Positions 13,101-28,336 of a stretch of DNA of 64,000 bases are shown piece by piece. How positions within the stretch are numbered: the first letter of the stretch is position 1; every line of letters begins with the position of its first letter. The notes beneath the pieces are model-generated. The model ran no database searches. It had not been told where the DNA came from and was given only the letters and a program-made list of their open reading frames with translations. A program made the position numbers and the translations under genes. Source of the DNA: Cycas panzhihuaensis (Eukaryota; Plantae; Cycadophyta). The stretch covers positions 202,065,741 to 202,129,740 of the forward strand of contig CM041465.1 in assembly GCA_023213395.1 (NCBI GenBank), given 5' to 3'.

Positions 13101-15353
13101 ATCCCATCATTTTTCATGTCACGAATGTGACAGCTTCCATCTTTGTTAAGAATGACCTTGGACCCCTTTTTCCTTAACTGAGATACAAACAAAAGATTTC
13201 TTTTTAGGCCATGTACATAAAGAACTTCTCCAATTTTTTTGATTTTACCATCAATTGAGACAGCAATAGTACCTTTCCCCTTAATTTGTAGAGGAAAGTT
13301 ATTACTGAGCTCCACAGTTTTGTTGATGAAATATGGCGTCAACATTTCAAACCATTCTCTTCTCTCAGTCATATGATTTGATACTCTTGAGTCTATGTAC
13401 CAATCTTCATTTTTGTTGGTGCGCATGAACATAGCTATGATAATGGCAATTTCTTCATCTTCTTCTTTTACCTATTCGTGGTTGTAGTTTACTTCTACTC
13501 CCTTCCCTCTCTAGATGTCATCCTATTTTTATGGACAACGATTTGAAGAGCATCCTATTCTTTGACAATAATAACAATTTGGTAAGTTTTGCATTCTACA
13601 ATACCTTCCACAATGGAAACATACTCTAGATTCTTTGAGTGTAGACTTGCCTCTTCCTTCTAACACCCATGGAGCTCTCCCTCGTCCTTCAAGAGACTAG
13701 GATGATCTCGCTAAAATCTTGGGCCACCCTTTGGTAGATTTGCTACGTCCTATCAACATATTTCTGGACTGTCCCCTACTTTCCATACTCAACTTTGAGA
13801 GAAATGCTTCTTCAATGTCTATTTCTTCTTCATATCTGTTATTCCTTTGTTTTTGTTGTAGCATGTGCCCTGTCAAAGTGTCAAAGGACTTATTTGTTGT
13901 ATGCCCACCTATGGTAAGTGTGTTTACCAATGTCAAATGATTTTGGCAATTTATTAATAGTTAGACAAACAAGCTTAGAGTCAGCTGTAGTTTCACCTAT
14001 AGACACTAGACCATTCTTGATCTCAACTATCTTTGTTATAAAACTTGACACTTTTTTTTTTCTTTGGGATTAACTTTGTATAGTTGTTTTCTGGGAGATA
14101 TTATCTATGCTTCATTCTTCTTGTTATATAGTGAGACTAAAATTCTCCAATCCTCTGGAGAGGTGAAGATTGAACCTATGTGTCTTCTTGTTATATAGTG
14201 AGACTAAAATTCTCCAAGCCTCTGGAGAGGCGAAGGTTGAACCTATGTGGCTCAACAAGGAATATCCTATAGACAACATAATTGTAGCCAAAGCAATCCT
14301 GTCTCTCTCTTCCCAACTAATCACATCCACCATATCAGTGGGTTTGACCTACTTCCCTGTGACTGTTCCATGCATTTTTTTCCATTAAGAGATCTTGCAT
14401 TTTTAGTTTCCATATGTTATAGTTTTGTCTTGTGAGTTTGTCAAACTCTCCGAGGGAAAAAACTGAGGCCATTTTGAGTTAAAGTTCTGTATTTGAAGGG
14501 CAAATGAAAGATAAAAGTGAAAGACTATGATCAGGCCGTACAACTGTACAGTTTTTTACAAAAAAAGTATGACTGTACAAAATGAAAAAAAATGGTCTCA
14601 AAATGAATCTAAGATTCTCCTCTCTTTAGATTTGTGAAAACTTTTGAAAAAAACTTTTTGGATTTTTAGAAAATGGCCTAAAACATATGGTTGTGTAGGG
14701 TTTTTGACCAAAAAATGCTTCTATCTCTTTAAAACTCCAGTGAAATCTAGCAAACTTATAGGCAAATGAAATATCTTGAAGAAACGAAGAGTTTGAGATT
14801 GATTTTACCTGAAAAGACTGAGAGATCTGAGAGAAATCTATGAATGAAGCTTTGAATGGGTTTGCATTGTAAAACTATGTTTTCCTTCTTAATGATGAAG
14901 AATTCGGGTTCAAATCTTTAGAACAGATTGATCTCCTCACCACCAAATTTTGTTTAATTCTGAGCACTTCAAAAAATTGCATCTGTATAGATTTGCTCAG
15001 TTCCATATTGTTTTATACTGTTATTAATGAGGTTGTACTATATCCTTTTCTCCTTAAAATAAACTAAAGATACTTTCTTTAAATTGAGTCTCTCAAATTA
15101 TCTCTTGTTAGGCTTAGATTTGCAAACCTGTTTTGATACCATGTTAGAACACTCAATGAATCTGTGAAGACAATACTTCAATGTATTAATGAGGAGAGAG
15201 AAACTCTCATATAAATACATCATGTGTACATAAAAAGGCTAGTGCATGTAGGCCAAGTGTCAATAATACATTAAAGAGGGGTTGGACACATAACCCTCAA
15301 TTCTACCTTAGAGAACTTCAAAAAACAAAAGATAGAATATTATTTCTCTAACA
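10111..15353 (-). mobile_element. E2: full-length decayed Ty1/copia LTR retrotransposon
   Basis: 212-bp LTRs 10111-10322 and 15142-15353 (~19 mismatches by eye, ~91% identical). PBS on minus strand TGGTATCAAAAC 15130-15141. PPT just inside 10322. TSD GCTAG/TCTAG. Confidence 0.95.
10338..14472 (-). pseudogene. E2 gag-pol pseudogene (gag, protease, integrase, RT, RNase H)
   Basis: ORF fragments WYIDSRVSNHMT (PR), IHTDLCG (IN), YKARLVAK...QLDVKSAFLNG (RT), KHIEVHHHFI (RH). Many stops and frameshifts. Confidence 0.93.
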
Positions 15354-15907
15354 TCTAGAGACTCAATTTTACTTATTGTAAGTTTGGTATCTTTTATACA
15401 TACATTATTGGTGTTATTTCACTTTAATATTCAGTCTATTTGATCATAAAACTAGTGGATATTGTACTTTTTCACTTAAACCAAGTTTTCAACCCTCTCT
15501 TCTTCATGATCATGGGCTTATTTTTCTTGAAAGCTACTCACGTGTGTTGGTATTCTCCAATTTTCATGCTTGTAGTGGCCCTTTCTTCATTTTGTCCTTT
15601 TTTTTTTGTATCTGAACTCTTCATTATCAGTTTTTGGTTTTCATGTTGCTCTTATTTATTTGATCAATTCTTGCTAATTCACTCTTGTTTTTCTATCATT
15701 CTTATTTGTATGGACTCTTAGTCCTTGCCTCGGTTTCTACACTCTCCTTGCATCATATATATTAGCTTATTTAGTTTGTTTCGTTTGTTTTCAGATTTTG
15801 TTCTACTCACTATTGCTTTGGTTTTTAGTTGCAATAATTCCATCACCCCCTCACCTTCCCAGTTTTGTCTTGTTGATAATGAATTGTGATTTTGCTACTA
15901 TCCTTTT

Positions 15908-16071
<164 letters not shown>

Positions 16072-16179
16072 TATGTTTTCATCATTTTTTGTTTTTTTAT
16101 TTTTTCGTGTATTTATACATGTGTGTGATTTTGATTTTTGTAATTTTCTTCAATATTTACATGAGTTGGATAAATTCAT

Positions 16180-17650
16180 CTTGATAAATGGTTAGTGTGG
16201 CTACCCTTTACTTGCCATTTTGTTTTCCTAGTTGAGTAAGTTCTTTCTTCTTGTTACATGAGATTGTTTCCATCTAGGCTTTACCCTTGTCCTTCCCTGG
16301 GGTGGCATAACTTTTGGCTTAGCTATGCTTAAGGATGTTTTTCTAGGCCTGCATTCCTTTGGTCTCTTGTTTGTGCAAATGGTTGTTTGTTTAGGGCTTG
16401 GCATTTTCTCCAATTTGGTCCACCATTCATTGGAGCAGTTAATGAAGTTTGATGTTAGGGAGAGTGAAAGTCAAATCATCTCTTTTTCTAACGAGTTTTC
16501 ATACCTTTGGGAATCATTATATTATTTGGATTTATGAGTGTCTTCCTCCAAAGTTATATGGAAGTATTTTGTCTCATTACTATCATGTACTTGATTCATG
16601 CATTTAGTCATTACTTGGGCCATATCCACTAAATCATCTTCATTATATTGATTGTCAATGCATGTTGATGGAAGCGTTCCCCTTTGCCTTTTTAGACATG
16701 TCTTTTTAGCATTCATATTTGGTACCAAGAATTTGTTGAGCCATGAAATTAGTGGAGTTATCATTTTCAATTCTCAAGGAGTTGTGTCCCTTAGATGTTA
16801 TTTGTATCCTTGTTTTATATTCATCCATGAACAAGGTAAGTGCAAAATTTTCCAAATTCTGGATAGCTTTAGCAACAAAAACCATGAACGTCCTAACAAA
16901 GTAAGGTATGCAAATACCCCTAATAGCTCATTCTTCCACACCCCCCACAACCCTTGGGGCCTTTAAACCAATATTAGCAAAATTTTTATAGATGTTACTT
17001 TATCTTCTTGTATGATTTCATTCTCTTTAATCTCATCATATCTTGCCTTTTAGAAGTGGTATCGCAAAATTCTTTCTCTGTGGATTGGGTATTTTTCTCT
17101 CTTTAAATCTTAAAACAACCCATATTGTTGGCTTCATAGGCCCCTTTCAACCATCTAGCCAACATGATAGCTTCTCATAAGTGCATTTGACCAAAATTCT
17201 TATCCTCCATCTTATATTGGTAGGTTGAATATGAGTAAGAATTTGTGGTAAGTATGCCATAAATAGTTGTATTGGAAGCATTATCTTCAATGCATTCATA
17301 TTTTATGATTTTTTCCATGGAGGGAAAGTATAGGCACCCTTTCTTGAATAGTCTTGTAGCATTCAACCATTGCATCCCTAAGAGAACAAGGTAGGATGGG
17401 GTCTCATGTTTTATTTTTACGATAACAAAATCTTAGTTGATGGCAATTTTGGCTGCCATTATAAGGATTGTTTTTGAAGTTCTTGAAGTTCTTGATGGTT
17501 GGATTCAAAGTTGTTTGACTAATTTAAGCAAAAATATAGAGGATGTAAATTGTGCTTGACCTAATTTGTTCTAGGTCTTTCTTATGAAGAGATTTGCATT
17601 AGATCCATTGATGCCAATCTTTAGTGTAGTTTAGATAGGAACACACATAA
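16180..17650 (-). mobile_element. Degenerate Ty3/gypsy pol relic
   Basis: Minus strand ~17430-17350 reads DFVIVKIKHETPSYLVLLGMQWLNATR, which aligns with the protease C-terminus of element G (DFVVVQMQNERKMYPTLLGRPWLLATK). Boundaries approximate. Confidence 0.5.
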
Positions 17651-20600
17651 TCTTGATCACTTCTAAGGGATGCATTTAGTGTGTTTATGAAAGCTTTGAA
17701 TTAGACTCTATAAGTGGTTGTTGAAGGAGGAGAATGGGTTATGAACAAATTTTAATCATTCTTCTAGGTTTCAAGTGTGTAAGAATGTAAATGAAAGTAA
17801 TAAATGTGCACACTATAAACCAAACAAGGAGACACGACTAAAAATAGCTAAAAAATTCCTTTCATGCCTTAAATAGAAATGAAATGTGATAGGGGGTGTC
17901 CTAAGAGTGGGAGTTTGCCTAGAAGTTTCTATCATGTATGCAAATATTTAGGAACTTTGAAACATTTAGTAATATTTTGGAAAAGGATGGCAGATATTTG
18001 AAAATAAGTGACAATTTCTATTATAGTGGAAAGTCTTAATTCTTTAATGAGAACAATAAAAAACAATGAATTTTTCATGAACAAATGTACACAATTGAGA
18101 AAAGGTGGAAATTATAGAAATTAAAAACAATCTTCTATGCTCTTTTTCTTTTCAAATGCGATGTATAAAATTAATGAAAAGAAAAATAAACCCTAGGAAT
18201 TAAAGGGAAACAAATTCTTGAAACCGGTATGGCCACCACTTGTTATGGTGGTCTTGGCTCCTATAATTAAGTTTACTATGGATTCAGTAGTCCCCACAAC
18301 AACAAATGGGAAAAAGAGGAAGATGATATACTAACTTGCAACCCCAATAACCACTGTAGAGTTTTCGTAGCTAACTTCATTAACATAGAATCACACAAGC
18401 CTCTTGTTTTTCAAGTCATGGAAATGGATGCATAAGACAAAGGGATTCAAACATAGAAAAAGCATTCCTTTCTCAAGAGTTCTTTAGTGGAGGGGCTTAC
18501 TTTAATGGAAAGCAATATTCTTTATCAATAAAAAGGAAATGACACAAATAACATGGCAAGAGGCCATGGGAGATTAATAAAGAATAATATTTATAAAGAA
18601 ACAATATGCATCAGATATGTTAGGATTAAGTGGAGATGTTGATTCCACATCAAGGCTTCTCCCATCGAGAAACCAAAAGGAGGACTTGGTGGAATGATCA
18701 CCAATGGCAGGAAGTGTTTCTTAGTCCTTTTCATACCAGTCTGTTACAAAACACACCTTACCTTTGTTGCTAGCAAATGGGATAATATATCTAATAGCAT
18801 AAATAAAAGAATCATTACATTTGAACCATATAAGTACACAATGAAAGTAAAATAAACAAAACATGATGTGTTATGTAAATTGTTCAACCATGGTCATAAA
18901 GGTGCTAGTATATGTGGTATGAACATCATTGTAGGGAATTTCCATGCACATTGCTTCTAGTTGTCCATTGTTGGAAGTAAATGCCCCCCTACTCATGAAC
19001 CCATTTGTCCCATGTAATGTCTCAGTCGATTAGACAACAACCCCACTAATGCCAACTTGAATGTGGTGCCGAGATGTTTATTTTACCCTATCCATTAGCC
19101 TTTCCTTTGAATCACTCATTCTATGATGTAGTCTCAAAGCTTCTTCAACACATGTACCTAGTTTCCATGGACTCTAACCAAGGTTCAAGGTCCATATGAT
19201 GAGAGTAAGGTCAAGTCATAACCCATCCTTTTGGGTAGTTAGCTATCACTTAGTGGAGTACCTTCCATATTTTTGTTTCTATATGACTTTAACATAGAAT
19301 CTAATCAATTAGGTCTCCATGGGATTCTGTCCATTAGATCACACACATGAGAGGCTTATAGTCCTCAAGGGGGAGCATTTCCTCAGTCTCGAGTCACTAG
19401 CACATAAGAGAGTATGGTTCCCTATGGAATTCATGTAATGCAATCTACAATTCACTTGCATAATTTTACATTCCATATCCATAGCCAAACTTAATTCATA
19501 CACTATACACGGTATGAAATAAATAATAAATAAACATGGCACAATAATAACACCATTTTCCCTGTCTATCGGTATAACATATGCACAACATAACCATATT
19601 GTATGCATACTAAATCAAAATAATGTAATGCATATCTACGACCATTATTTTTCCAAGTGAAATATGCATAAATGAAAGAGGGGACAAGAAGTATATTTCT
19701 CTTATAATTCTTCAAAATAATATACAAAACATGATAGAAGAATACCTTGAATGCTATCTCAAATTTTAGGGTTTCATCTTGAGAATAATCATATATATAT
19801 ATATTAGATAACTTGGGATAGATAAATCATAGTTAATGACATTGATATAAGCCCATTGTCTTTAGCCATGAAAGCAATCTTCCATTAAATTTGGTTTATC
19901 TACAATTTTTTTCAAGCATTAATTATGGCTTGAATTTTTGACATTTCACCTCCTAGGTATAACCAAAATTAGGTTTCAAGAAGGCCTAGCCTTACAATTT
20001 GCGTATACAGTCATGCAACCTTACTTTTTATCATTGTATGGATGTATACATAGTTTGTGGCCCTACTCACACCCAATTGTACAATTGTCATAATGACCAA
20101 CTGTACAATAACTAATAGTGACTGTATAACATGCTTGACAACCTTACAACTTGCCATAGGGTAGTCGTACAACCTTTAAGGGAAATTATATGACATTGTT
20201 ATATATGGGCTATATAGTCTCATAATTGGCCATATCCTTAAGTTAAAGTTTAGAGAAATAAATATACTATTTGTGGATATTAATGGAGGTACTCACCTGT
20301 CTTTGCCTCTTTTAAATACACTTGTCTATGTTAGAATTAATGTTTAAATAGTTGTACACTTAGGATGTTAATTAGGGTCATAACTTAATGTTGTAGGTCC
20401 TAGAATGCTAAGGGTATTTTTGTGCCACATGGTCATTGCTTAATTTATGACAAGTGTCTACAATATTAGAAAGTCCTTAATGGACAAGTGACATGTTGGG
20501 GTAATTATTGATCCAATGGCCAGTTACTAGTCCATTCATGTATAAATATATGTAATGTATATTACACATATTAGGTTGAAGAGTTCCTAATTGACAGAAT

Positions 20601-23034
20601 TAATGATTTATTCATTAATTCATCTTGATGTACTTTCTAATTAATGTAAACGCAAGTCACTTTAGTAACATAATGTTATAAAGTGCAAATGTACCTTAAG
20701 TTGTAACTTGAAGTTGTGAATTCTAGTTGACAGCTTAAAAGTCCACTTTCGCCAATGTAAGCATGAGTGACACTTGGTCACCATGCAAATAGTCTTTCAT
20801 GCATGTGCGCCACTTGTCCACCATGCATGACCATTGTACTTTCTATATATTGAGCACCTCTCTTGGCAATTGTAAACATTGGATTATTGAGAGAGTTTAT
20901 GTTGTGTAAGCTTCGTTTATGCTAATCAAAGGTTGTTTTGAGATTTGAACATAATTTTTACCTCTCCAAGTTTTTATGCTTTGATCATACTAATGTGATT
21001 GTGGCTATTCATTTTTAATGATAGATCTTAGAAATGAAAATAGCTAATCTATTTTCTCTCATTTGGTATCAAAGCATGCTGTTTTTTCACTCTTTTTAGT
21101 GATTTTTCATTGCTTTCTACTAACCCTCTTGATAAAATTGTGGTTGGTCATTTGTTGTGAGCCAAGGCAATTATGGGAATTGATAGAATTATTTATTAGA
21201 AGTTGGTCTCAAATATTATTAGGGTATTGGTTTTATTATTAGTAAGTTGGTTTTTTGAAGGATTGTTAAATTTGACTCCTATAAATAGAGAACTATTATT
21301 CACTTATAAATATTTTTTTGTGAGTTAATCCATTTGGGGTCTTTTGACCATTTGGCTCTAAAAAGCTTTTTTTTAGCTTTCATTTCAGTTTTCTTTTGAG
21401 TTTGAAGAAGTAGATCCAATTTAGGATCACTTATAGTGGTATAAGAGCTTCAATTTTGGTGTACCAAGGATCTGCATTTTGGGGAGTGTAAATAGAAGAA
21501 TTTTAGAGAAATAACTGTGAATTTGAGTCCACTAGGCCTGTTTTGCAAATTTTGAGTAGTTATACTACAGGTTTTACAGTGGAATTATGAAAATATCAGG
21601 GAACTTAATTTCAGCATGTTGTTCGTTGCTATTTTTAGGGTTTAAAGTCTACCACTACAACTTCAAATGGCCATAACTTTGTCTACATATATCTAATTGA
21701 CCTCAAAAAATTTTGAATTTGTGTCTCAATATCTACTTTCCATTGCAAGTGGTATTAGAGTCAAGGTCACGGATTCGATTTTTAGAGGGGATGGCCTCAG
21801 TAGAATATTGGCATAATAGTATTTGCTTGGGGCCCAATGAGAACGAAATTACTGAGCATAGGTCACTGAGAGTGGGTTGCCAAGATGTCAACGCCTTGTG
21901 GGTGAGGTAACGTTCCTCGAGGTTTTGGTGTAATGGTTTGTTACAACATCATCAAGCATCTACTAGTTTATCCTGCTCCAAACCTAGGGTCTCTCTATAG
22001 TACAATCTTCATTTTTGTATACGGCTGTCACAAATGCCATACTTTGGCCACACCAAAAAATCCCATTTCAACTCATTTTTTCATAAAAAATCTTCTAAAT
22101 CAATTTTGTTGACCCTTAAGTATCATCATAGTCTCATTTCATCCTTGCCTGCAACTGCATTAATCTTCCACGTCGGTCATGCACCTATTTTTTCCTTCCA
22201 TTTAACTATGCTTTGCCTACAACTAATAAAATCTTGTGACATGACCACTTAAGACGATCCTCTCATTGTGCTCTTTTGAGATCCAAGGTTAGATTAGCAT
22301 TTCGTTATTTCAATAAAGAGAAATCATCTCTCAAAAGTAAAAAGACTTGCTTTTGTTCAAATGCGTGAATTATATTTTTAAATTTTTTGATATTTCTATA
22401 GTTTTATAACTTCATGTCATATACTTTAGAATATTCATTGATTATTCCTTTTTTAATATTCACTTCTTACTAAAGTCACCTTATTTTATCATTTTTAACT
22501 CTTTTTTAGTGTTTTTTGTCATTTTTTTAGCATTTTTAAAAACCCTAACTTTTTATTGTCTTTTTAATTAAAAAATATATTTTCAAGTTTAAAAAATACA
22601 AAAAATTTAATGTTTTTAAAGTTACTTTTAGTTTTATTTAATATTTTTTTCTTTTTAAAAAAATAAAAAAAGGGAAAATATTTAACAAAAAGACATTTTA
22701 ACTTGAAACATTAAAAAAGATAACTTCCAAATTAATTTCGAGACCATTCCATTTTTGTGAGAATAATTAGAACCCCTGAAGTTAATCACTCCCATACATG
22801 TGAGTTGTATGTGTCTAGATAAGCAAGTCAGGGGACAACTCACTATTGGGTGTATTGAGTGACGCGTTGAGGTGTAAACCCTCAAACTTGAAGTTTGGAG
22901 ACCAGGCTAGACCTGGAGAGGGTGGGTGTCTTGGTTGTTAAGTGTGCCATTAGATGAGGACCTAATCATTAAAGTCGTAAATCTAGTGTGGATGGATCCA
23001 CAGTGTCAGGTGGGCGACAGAGCCTTCTAGTTTT

Positions 23035-26000
23035 TGTTAAGGGTAATGTTTTATCTAGGCTTTATAACACTTCTCTCTAATGTACTATTATGAGGGTTAT
23101 GTAGCATTTCCCCCTTTCTCTTATCTTGTAACAAGTGGCACACATGCATTGATCCTTGTCAAAGACTCATGTACATTGTGCTATATTTATAGAGGGTTCT
23201 TCCTCATTAATAATATCAATCAATTGAGAGTTTTACATGGTATTAGAACAGGGTTAATTGCTCGCTTGAAAGCAAACTCAATTTAGATTCTAGAAGAGAT
23301 GTTTGATAGAGTTTCTGAGATAAACTGAAGGAAACTGAGTCTAATAGGTTTTCTTTCTCTGAAGGAGATTGTTAATAATCAAATTGTTAGGCAAACAAGA
23401 ATTGAACAAAAAGCAAACGAAGTAAAGACAAAGTATGGATTATATGGGCTTTACGGGCTAGAATTTTCAAGGTGCTCAGATTCCTCTAGAACTTTACCAA
23501 CAAAATCACAATAACAAGGCCTTCAACCTTCTCTAAAGAGTTAATCAAAGATAAGTATTTTTTCAGGCAATTTTGATCCATTTTCAGTGGGCGCAAGTTT
23601 GAAGTTTCTTCTACAGATTTCTTTGATTTTGCTTGGAATCTCCATGTAATATCTATCATAAAATACTCCTCTCATTAATACAATTCTTTTGAGACCAGTT
23701 TTGAAGGCTTTCATTGAAGATTTCAAAAGTTACAAGCGTTTTTCTTCAAAGACCCTAGCTGCCAATCAGAGATTTGATCTTATTTTTTGCTCAAACCTAT
23801 AGAGTTTTTTAGAATTTTTTTTTTTTTTTAAAGATTTGCAGACCTTGTCTTGAGAGCTTCCATTTGCACCCTTTTCTTCCAATTTTGTACACTAGCAAAT
23901 TTTCGTACAATTCCATACATTGTACGGCTGTATAGTCTTAAACATAGTTGCCAAGACTTTTCTCTTAGTTTCATTCAAATTAAAAATGACTTCTTCTGTA
24001 GTAGCACTTGCTGAAGTAGATAAACTCACAAAAACCAATTTTAGCCTCTAGAAAATCAAAATAAAAGGACTTCTGAGAGCAAAAATGCATGGAAAATAGC
24101 AACTAGAGGGGAGAAGAAACCTACAAATATTGTTGATTAGATAAATTGGGAAGAAAGGTATAATATAGGTATTGTTGTCCTCAAACTCTCAATTTTAGAT
24201 TCGCTTTTGTTATATGTAAATGGCGTTGAAACCTCTTCAGAAATCAGGAAAGTAATGACTTCTCTATTTAGTCAAAGAAATGAGACCAGAATAATTGCTC
24301 TCAGGGAGGACGTGTACAGACTTAGAATGAGAGAAAGTCAAACTATCTTTGAATTTGTTGCTAAAGTGAATAGTGTCAAGAATAATCTTATCACAGCTGG
24401 AGATAAGATAACAGATACAGAACTAGTTGACTTGGTATTAAAGAAATTGCCTGAATCATTTCACAATATGGTCAATATGTTGACAGGAGGACAAACTGCA
24501 AAAATGACATTTGAAGACCTAACAGAGCATATGTTAAATCAAGAACAAAGGAACAAAAGATATGAAGAGGATGCAAAAATTGAAGAAGCTTTTGTGTCCA
24601 AACTCAACTTGGGTGGCAAAGGACGTGGACAACCCACCTTTCATGTAGGAGACAAAACATCTTTAACATGCACTAGAGGATGATGGATAGAAGGAAGAGG
24701 TAGAGTAAGGTCTACACCTCCAAGAGACTTCAGAGTTTACTTCAATTATGGTAAACTTGGTCACTTTTCAAGCAATTGCCGAGCTTTTGATGTCTGCTAT
24801 CATTGCAAACAATCCAGACATTTTCCTTATTAGTGCCCACAAAGACATGCTAAAATTCAGAGAGGGAAGCAGGTAACAGGATATTACAACAAGGAGCAGG
24901 ATGCAATAGAAGATGAAATCGAAACAACCTTTGTGGTCGCTTTTATTGCTAGCTCCAAAGCAATAGATGAATGGCATGTTGACTCAGGAGCTTCTAATCA
25001 CATGACTGGTAGGAGAGAATGGTTTGAAACTCTGAAACCATATCCATCCAATAGATCAATTGAGTTAGGCAATAATTTCCCATATATAGGGAATTGGGAT
25101 AATTGATGTTGAAATTTATGGTAAAACATAGAGAAATGGAACTGTTCCTTTTATACTTGGGATGGAAAAGAATTTGTTGTCTGTGTCTCAACTAGGGAAA
25201 AAAAAGTTGAGGACCATATTTGATGAAAACAAGCATTGTTTTATATTAGACATGAAAAGGAATGGCATTGTAATTACAGAAGGGATAGAGTGCAGCAATC
25301 TTTGTAAGTTGCTCTCTACACTTGTCCTACCAAAAAAAGGTTCTGTTATGCTTACACCCGATGTAAACTCGCTTGTTGTTTCAAGCAATAATAATAATGA
25401 AATATGGCACTTGAAGTATGGGCACATCTCAAATGATAGGTTAGAATTATTAAAAAAATCTAACATGGTAAATGGGCTACCAAGCATGTCTTTTAATTCT
25501 TTTATATGTAAAAGTTTCATGATGGGAAAACAACACAGGATTCCATTTTCAAAAAGTATGTTGGCACGCACAAAACAAGCTAGAATTGATTCACTCAGAG
25601 CTTTGTGGTCCTATCACACCAAATTCATTGAATGGTGCTCGGTATTTTCTTATTTTCATTGATAATTTTTCTAGAAAGACTTGGATTTATTTTCTATTTA
25701 GTAAATTAGAGGTGTTTGGCCACTTCAAAGAATTTAAAGCAAAAGTAGAATTAGAAAGTAATAAACAAAATCAAATGTATTCGTTATGATAGTGGAGGCA
25801 AATATATGTCAAAATAGTTCCATCATTACTATAAAACCCATGGAATTTGTAGACTAGTAACTACACCTTACTCACCACAATCAAACAGTGTAGTAGAATG
25901 AATAAATAGGACCATACTGGAGATGGCTTGATGCCTGATTCAAGACAGACATGTTATTGAAACATACTAGGCAAAAGCTGTCAATACTATAATATATCTA

Positions 26001-28336
26001 ATAAACAGGAGCCCAACATAAGCTCTGCATAAAGTCAAGCCAAAAGAAGTTTGGACTGGACAAAAATTAGATGTAAGTAACGCCAAAGTTTTTGATTGCA
26101 AAGTTTACATTCATATTCTAGATAAAAAATGAACCAAACTTCACAGCAAAAGTACAAAATGTATAATGATAGGGTATAGCAATAGATCAAAGGCCTATAG
26201 ATGCATAGATCCGAAAACCAATAGGGTCTATGACAACAGAGATGTACTATTTGATGAAAGCCTCGAAAGCGGTCAAAACATGTGTCAAGAGATAAAAACA
26301 ATAACAAAAACCTATGTTCAACATATTTCAACTTCTTTAGATGAAGACTTTGAAATCACTTCAGACAATATTGACTCAAGTAGTGAAATCTTTGAAGGTA
26401 GACCTCTAAACAACAGTCAAATTAGTCCTTCTGTCGAAGGAAACATTCCAAAAGAAGGAGAGCAAAGGATTGTGTCAGAAGAGCAAGCTTTTAAGAAGAT
26501 ACCAAAATGGTATCTTAAAACAATTGAAGAAACAAAAGGAAATGCTTTCGAACATAGGACAAGATTCTAAAGACATCAAGCACTAGCTTGCTTCGTTGAG
26601 CCTAATGCATATAAAGAAGCAAGCTCGTACTCAGAATGGAAAACAACAATGGATGTTGAAATAGCAACAATTACTAAGAATGAAACCTGGGAACTAGTCA
26701 AACCTCTTGCAAATAAACCTATTGTCAATTACAAATGGGTATACAAAGTAAAAGAGAAATCCAATGGAGAAATTGAAAAGTATAAAGCAAGACTAGTTGC
26801 CAAAGGATATACTCAAACTGCAAGTATAGATTATGAAGAAATGTTCTCACCAGTGGCTAAACTAAACACTGTGAGCATAATACTTGCATTGGCTGCTTGC
26901 AAAATTGGAAAATATTTTAGCTTGATGTAAAGAGTGCCTTCTTAAATGGAGACCTAAAAGAGGAAGTGTATATGAATCAACTTGAAGGCTATGCAAAATC
27001 AGGATAAGAAAATTTGGTGTGCAAGCTAAAGAAAGCATTGTATGGGATTAAACAAGCTCTAAGAGTGTGGTATGTAAAACTGGACAAATATCTTGTTCAT
27101 AACAACTTTCACAGGTGTGAATCTAATCCATGTTTGTATGTGAAATTCAATAAGGGACTGATAACCATTATAGCAGTGTATGCAGATGATATGCTACTCA
27201 CAGGAAGTGATATAGCCTCAATTGCATATATAAAAAGCCAATTAGAAAAAGTTTTTGAAATGGTTGATCTTGGAATACTGCACTACTACATTAGAATTGA
27301 GGTAACACAACTAAAGAGTTCTATTACTCTGTCCCAATCAAAATACATCAGGAATATGTTGAAAAGATTCAACATGGAAAATTGTAACAGTTGTACCACA
27401 CCTATGGAGACAAGTTGTGTATTGAATCTTGACATAGAAGGACAGGCAGTAAATGCAACCACATACAGGCAACTAATCGAAAGTCTGATATATCTCATTA
27501 CTACTAGACTAGACATCTATTCAGTCAGGGTAATCTCTAGATTTATGCAGGAACCAAAAGTGTCACATTGGAATGCAACAAAAAGAATACTTAGATATTT
27601 AAAAGGAACAATAAATCTGGGTTTGAATTATACGAAAGCAAACATCATGCAATGGACAAGTTATAGTGACTCAGACTGGGCAGGAGATAGAATAGATAGA
27701 AAGTCAACAACAAGTTACTGTTTCTCTTTGGGATTGGTAGTAATATCCTAGAGCAGCAAAAAACAACCCATAATTGCCTTATTTTCCACAGAAGTTGAAT
27801 ACAAGTCAGTAGTAAGTGCAACCTGCGAAGCAATCTAGATTAGACAATTATTAAAAAATTTGGGTCAAGAACATAAGTCTCCTACTATTTTATTTTGTGA
27901 TAATCAAAGCACAATCAAGACGACTAAAAAATTTGTTTTTCATACAAGAATAAAACACATAGAGGTTCATCATCATTTTATAAGGGAGAAAGTTCAAAGC
28001 AAAGAGATCAAACTGCTACATTGCACATTAGATGAGCATAGTGCTGACATAATTACAAAGCCACTAAGTAAAGACAATTTCCAATTCTTCAAAGATAAGT
28101 TAGGAATAAAATAGATAAAACATTAAGAGAGGGTGTTAAGGGTAATGTTTTATCTGGTCTTTATAACACTTCTCTCTAATGTACTATTATAAGGGTTACG
28201 TGTCATTTCCCCCTTTTTCTTATCTTGTGACAAGTGGCACACATGCATTGAGCCTTGTCCATGACTCATATATATTGTACTGTATTTATAGGGGGTTCTT
28301 TCTCATTAATGATATCAATCAATTAAGAGTTTTACA
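23035..28336 (+). mobile_element. Z1: full-length decayed Ty1/copia element inserted in the 5' leader of Y (same lineage as E2 and V)
   Basis: 203-bp LTRs 23035-23237 and 28134-28336. PBS TGGTATTAGAAC 23238-23249. PPT AAGAGAGGG. Decayed TSD GTTTT/ATTCT. Confidence 0.94.
23986..28114 (+). pseudogene. Z1 gag-pol pseudogene
   Basis: gag FEDLTEHMLNQEQ, PR WHVDSGASNHMTG, IN IHSELCGP, RT YKARLVAKG and VYADDML, RH YSDSDWAGD and KHIEVHHHFIRE. Multiple stops. Confidence 0.93.
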
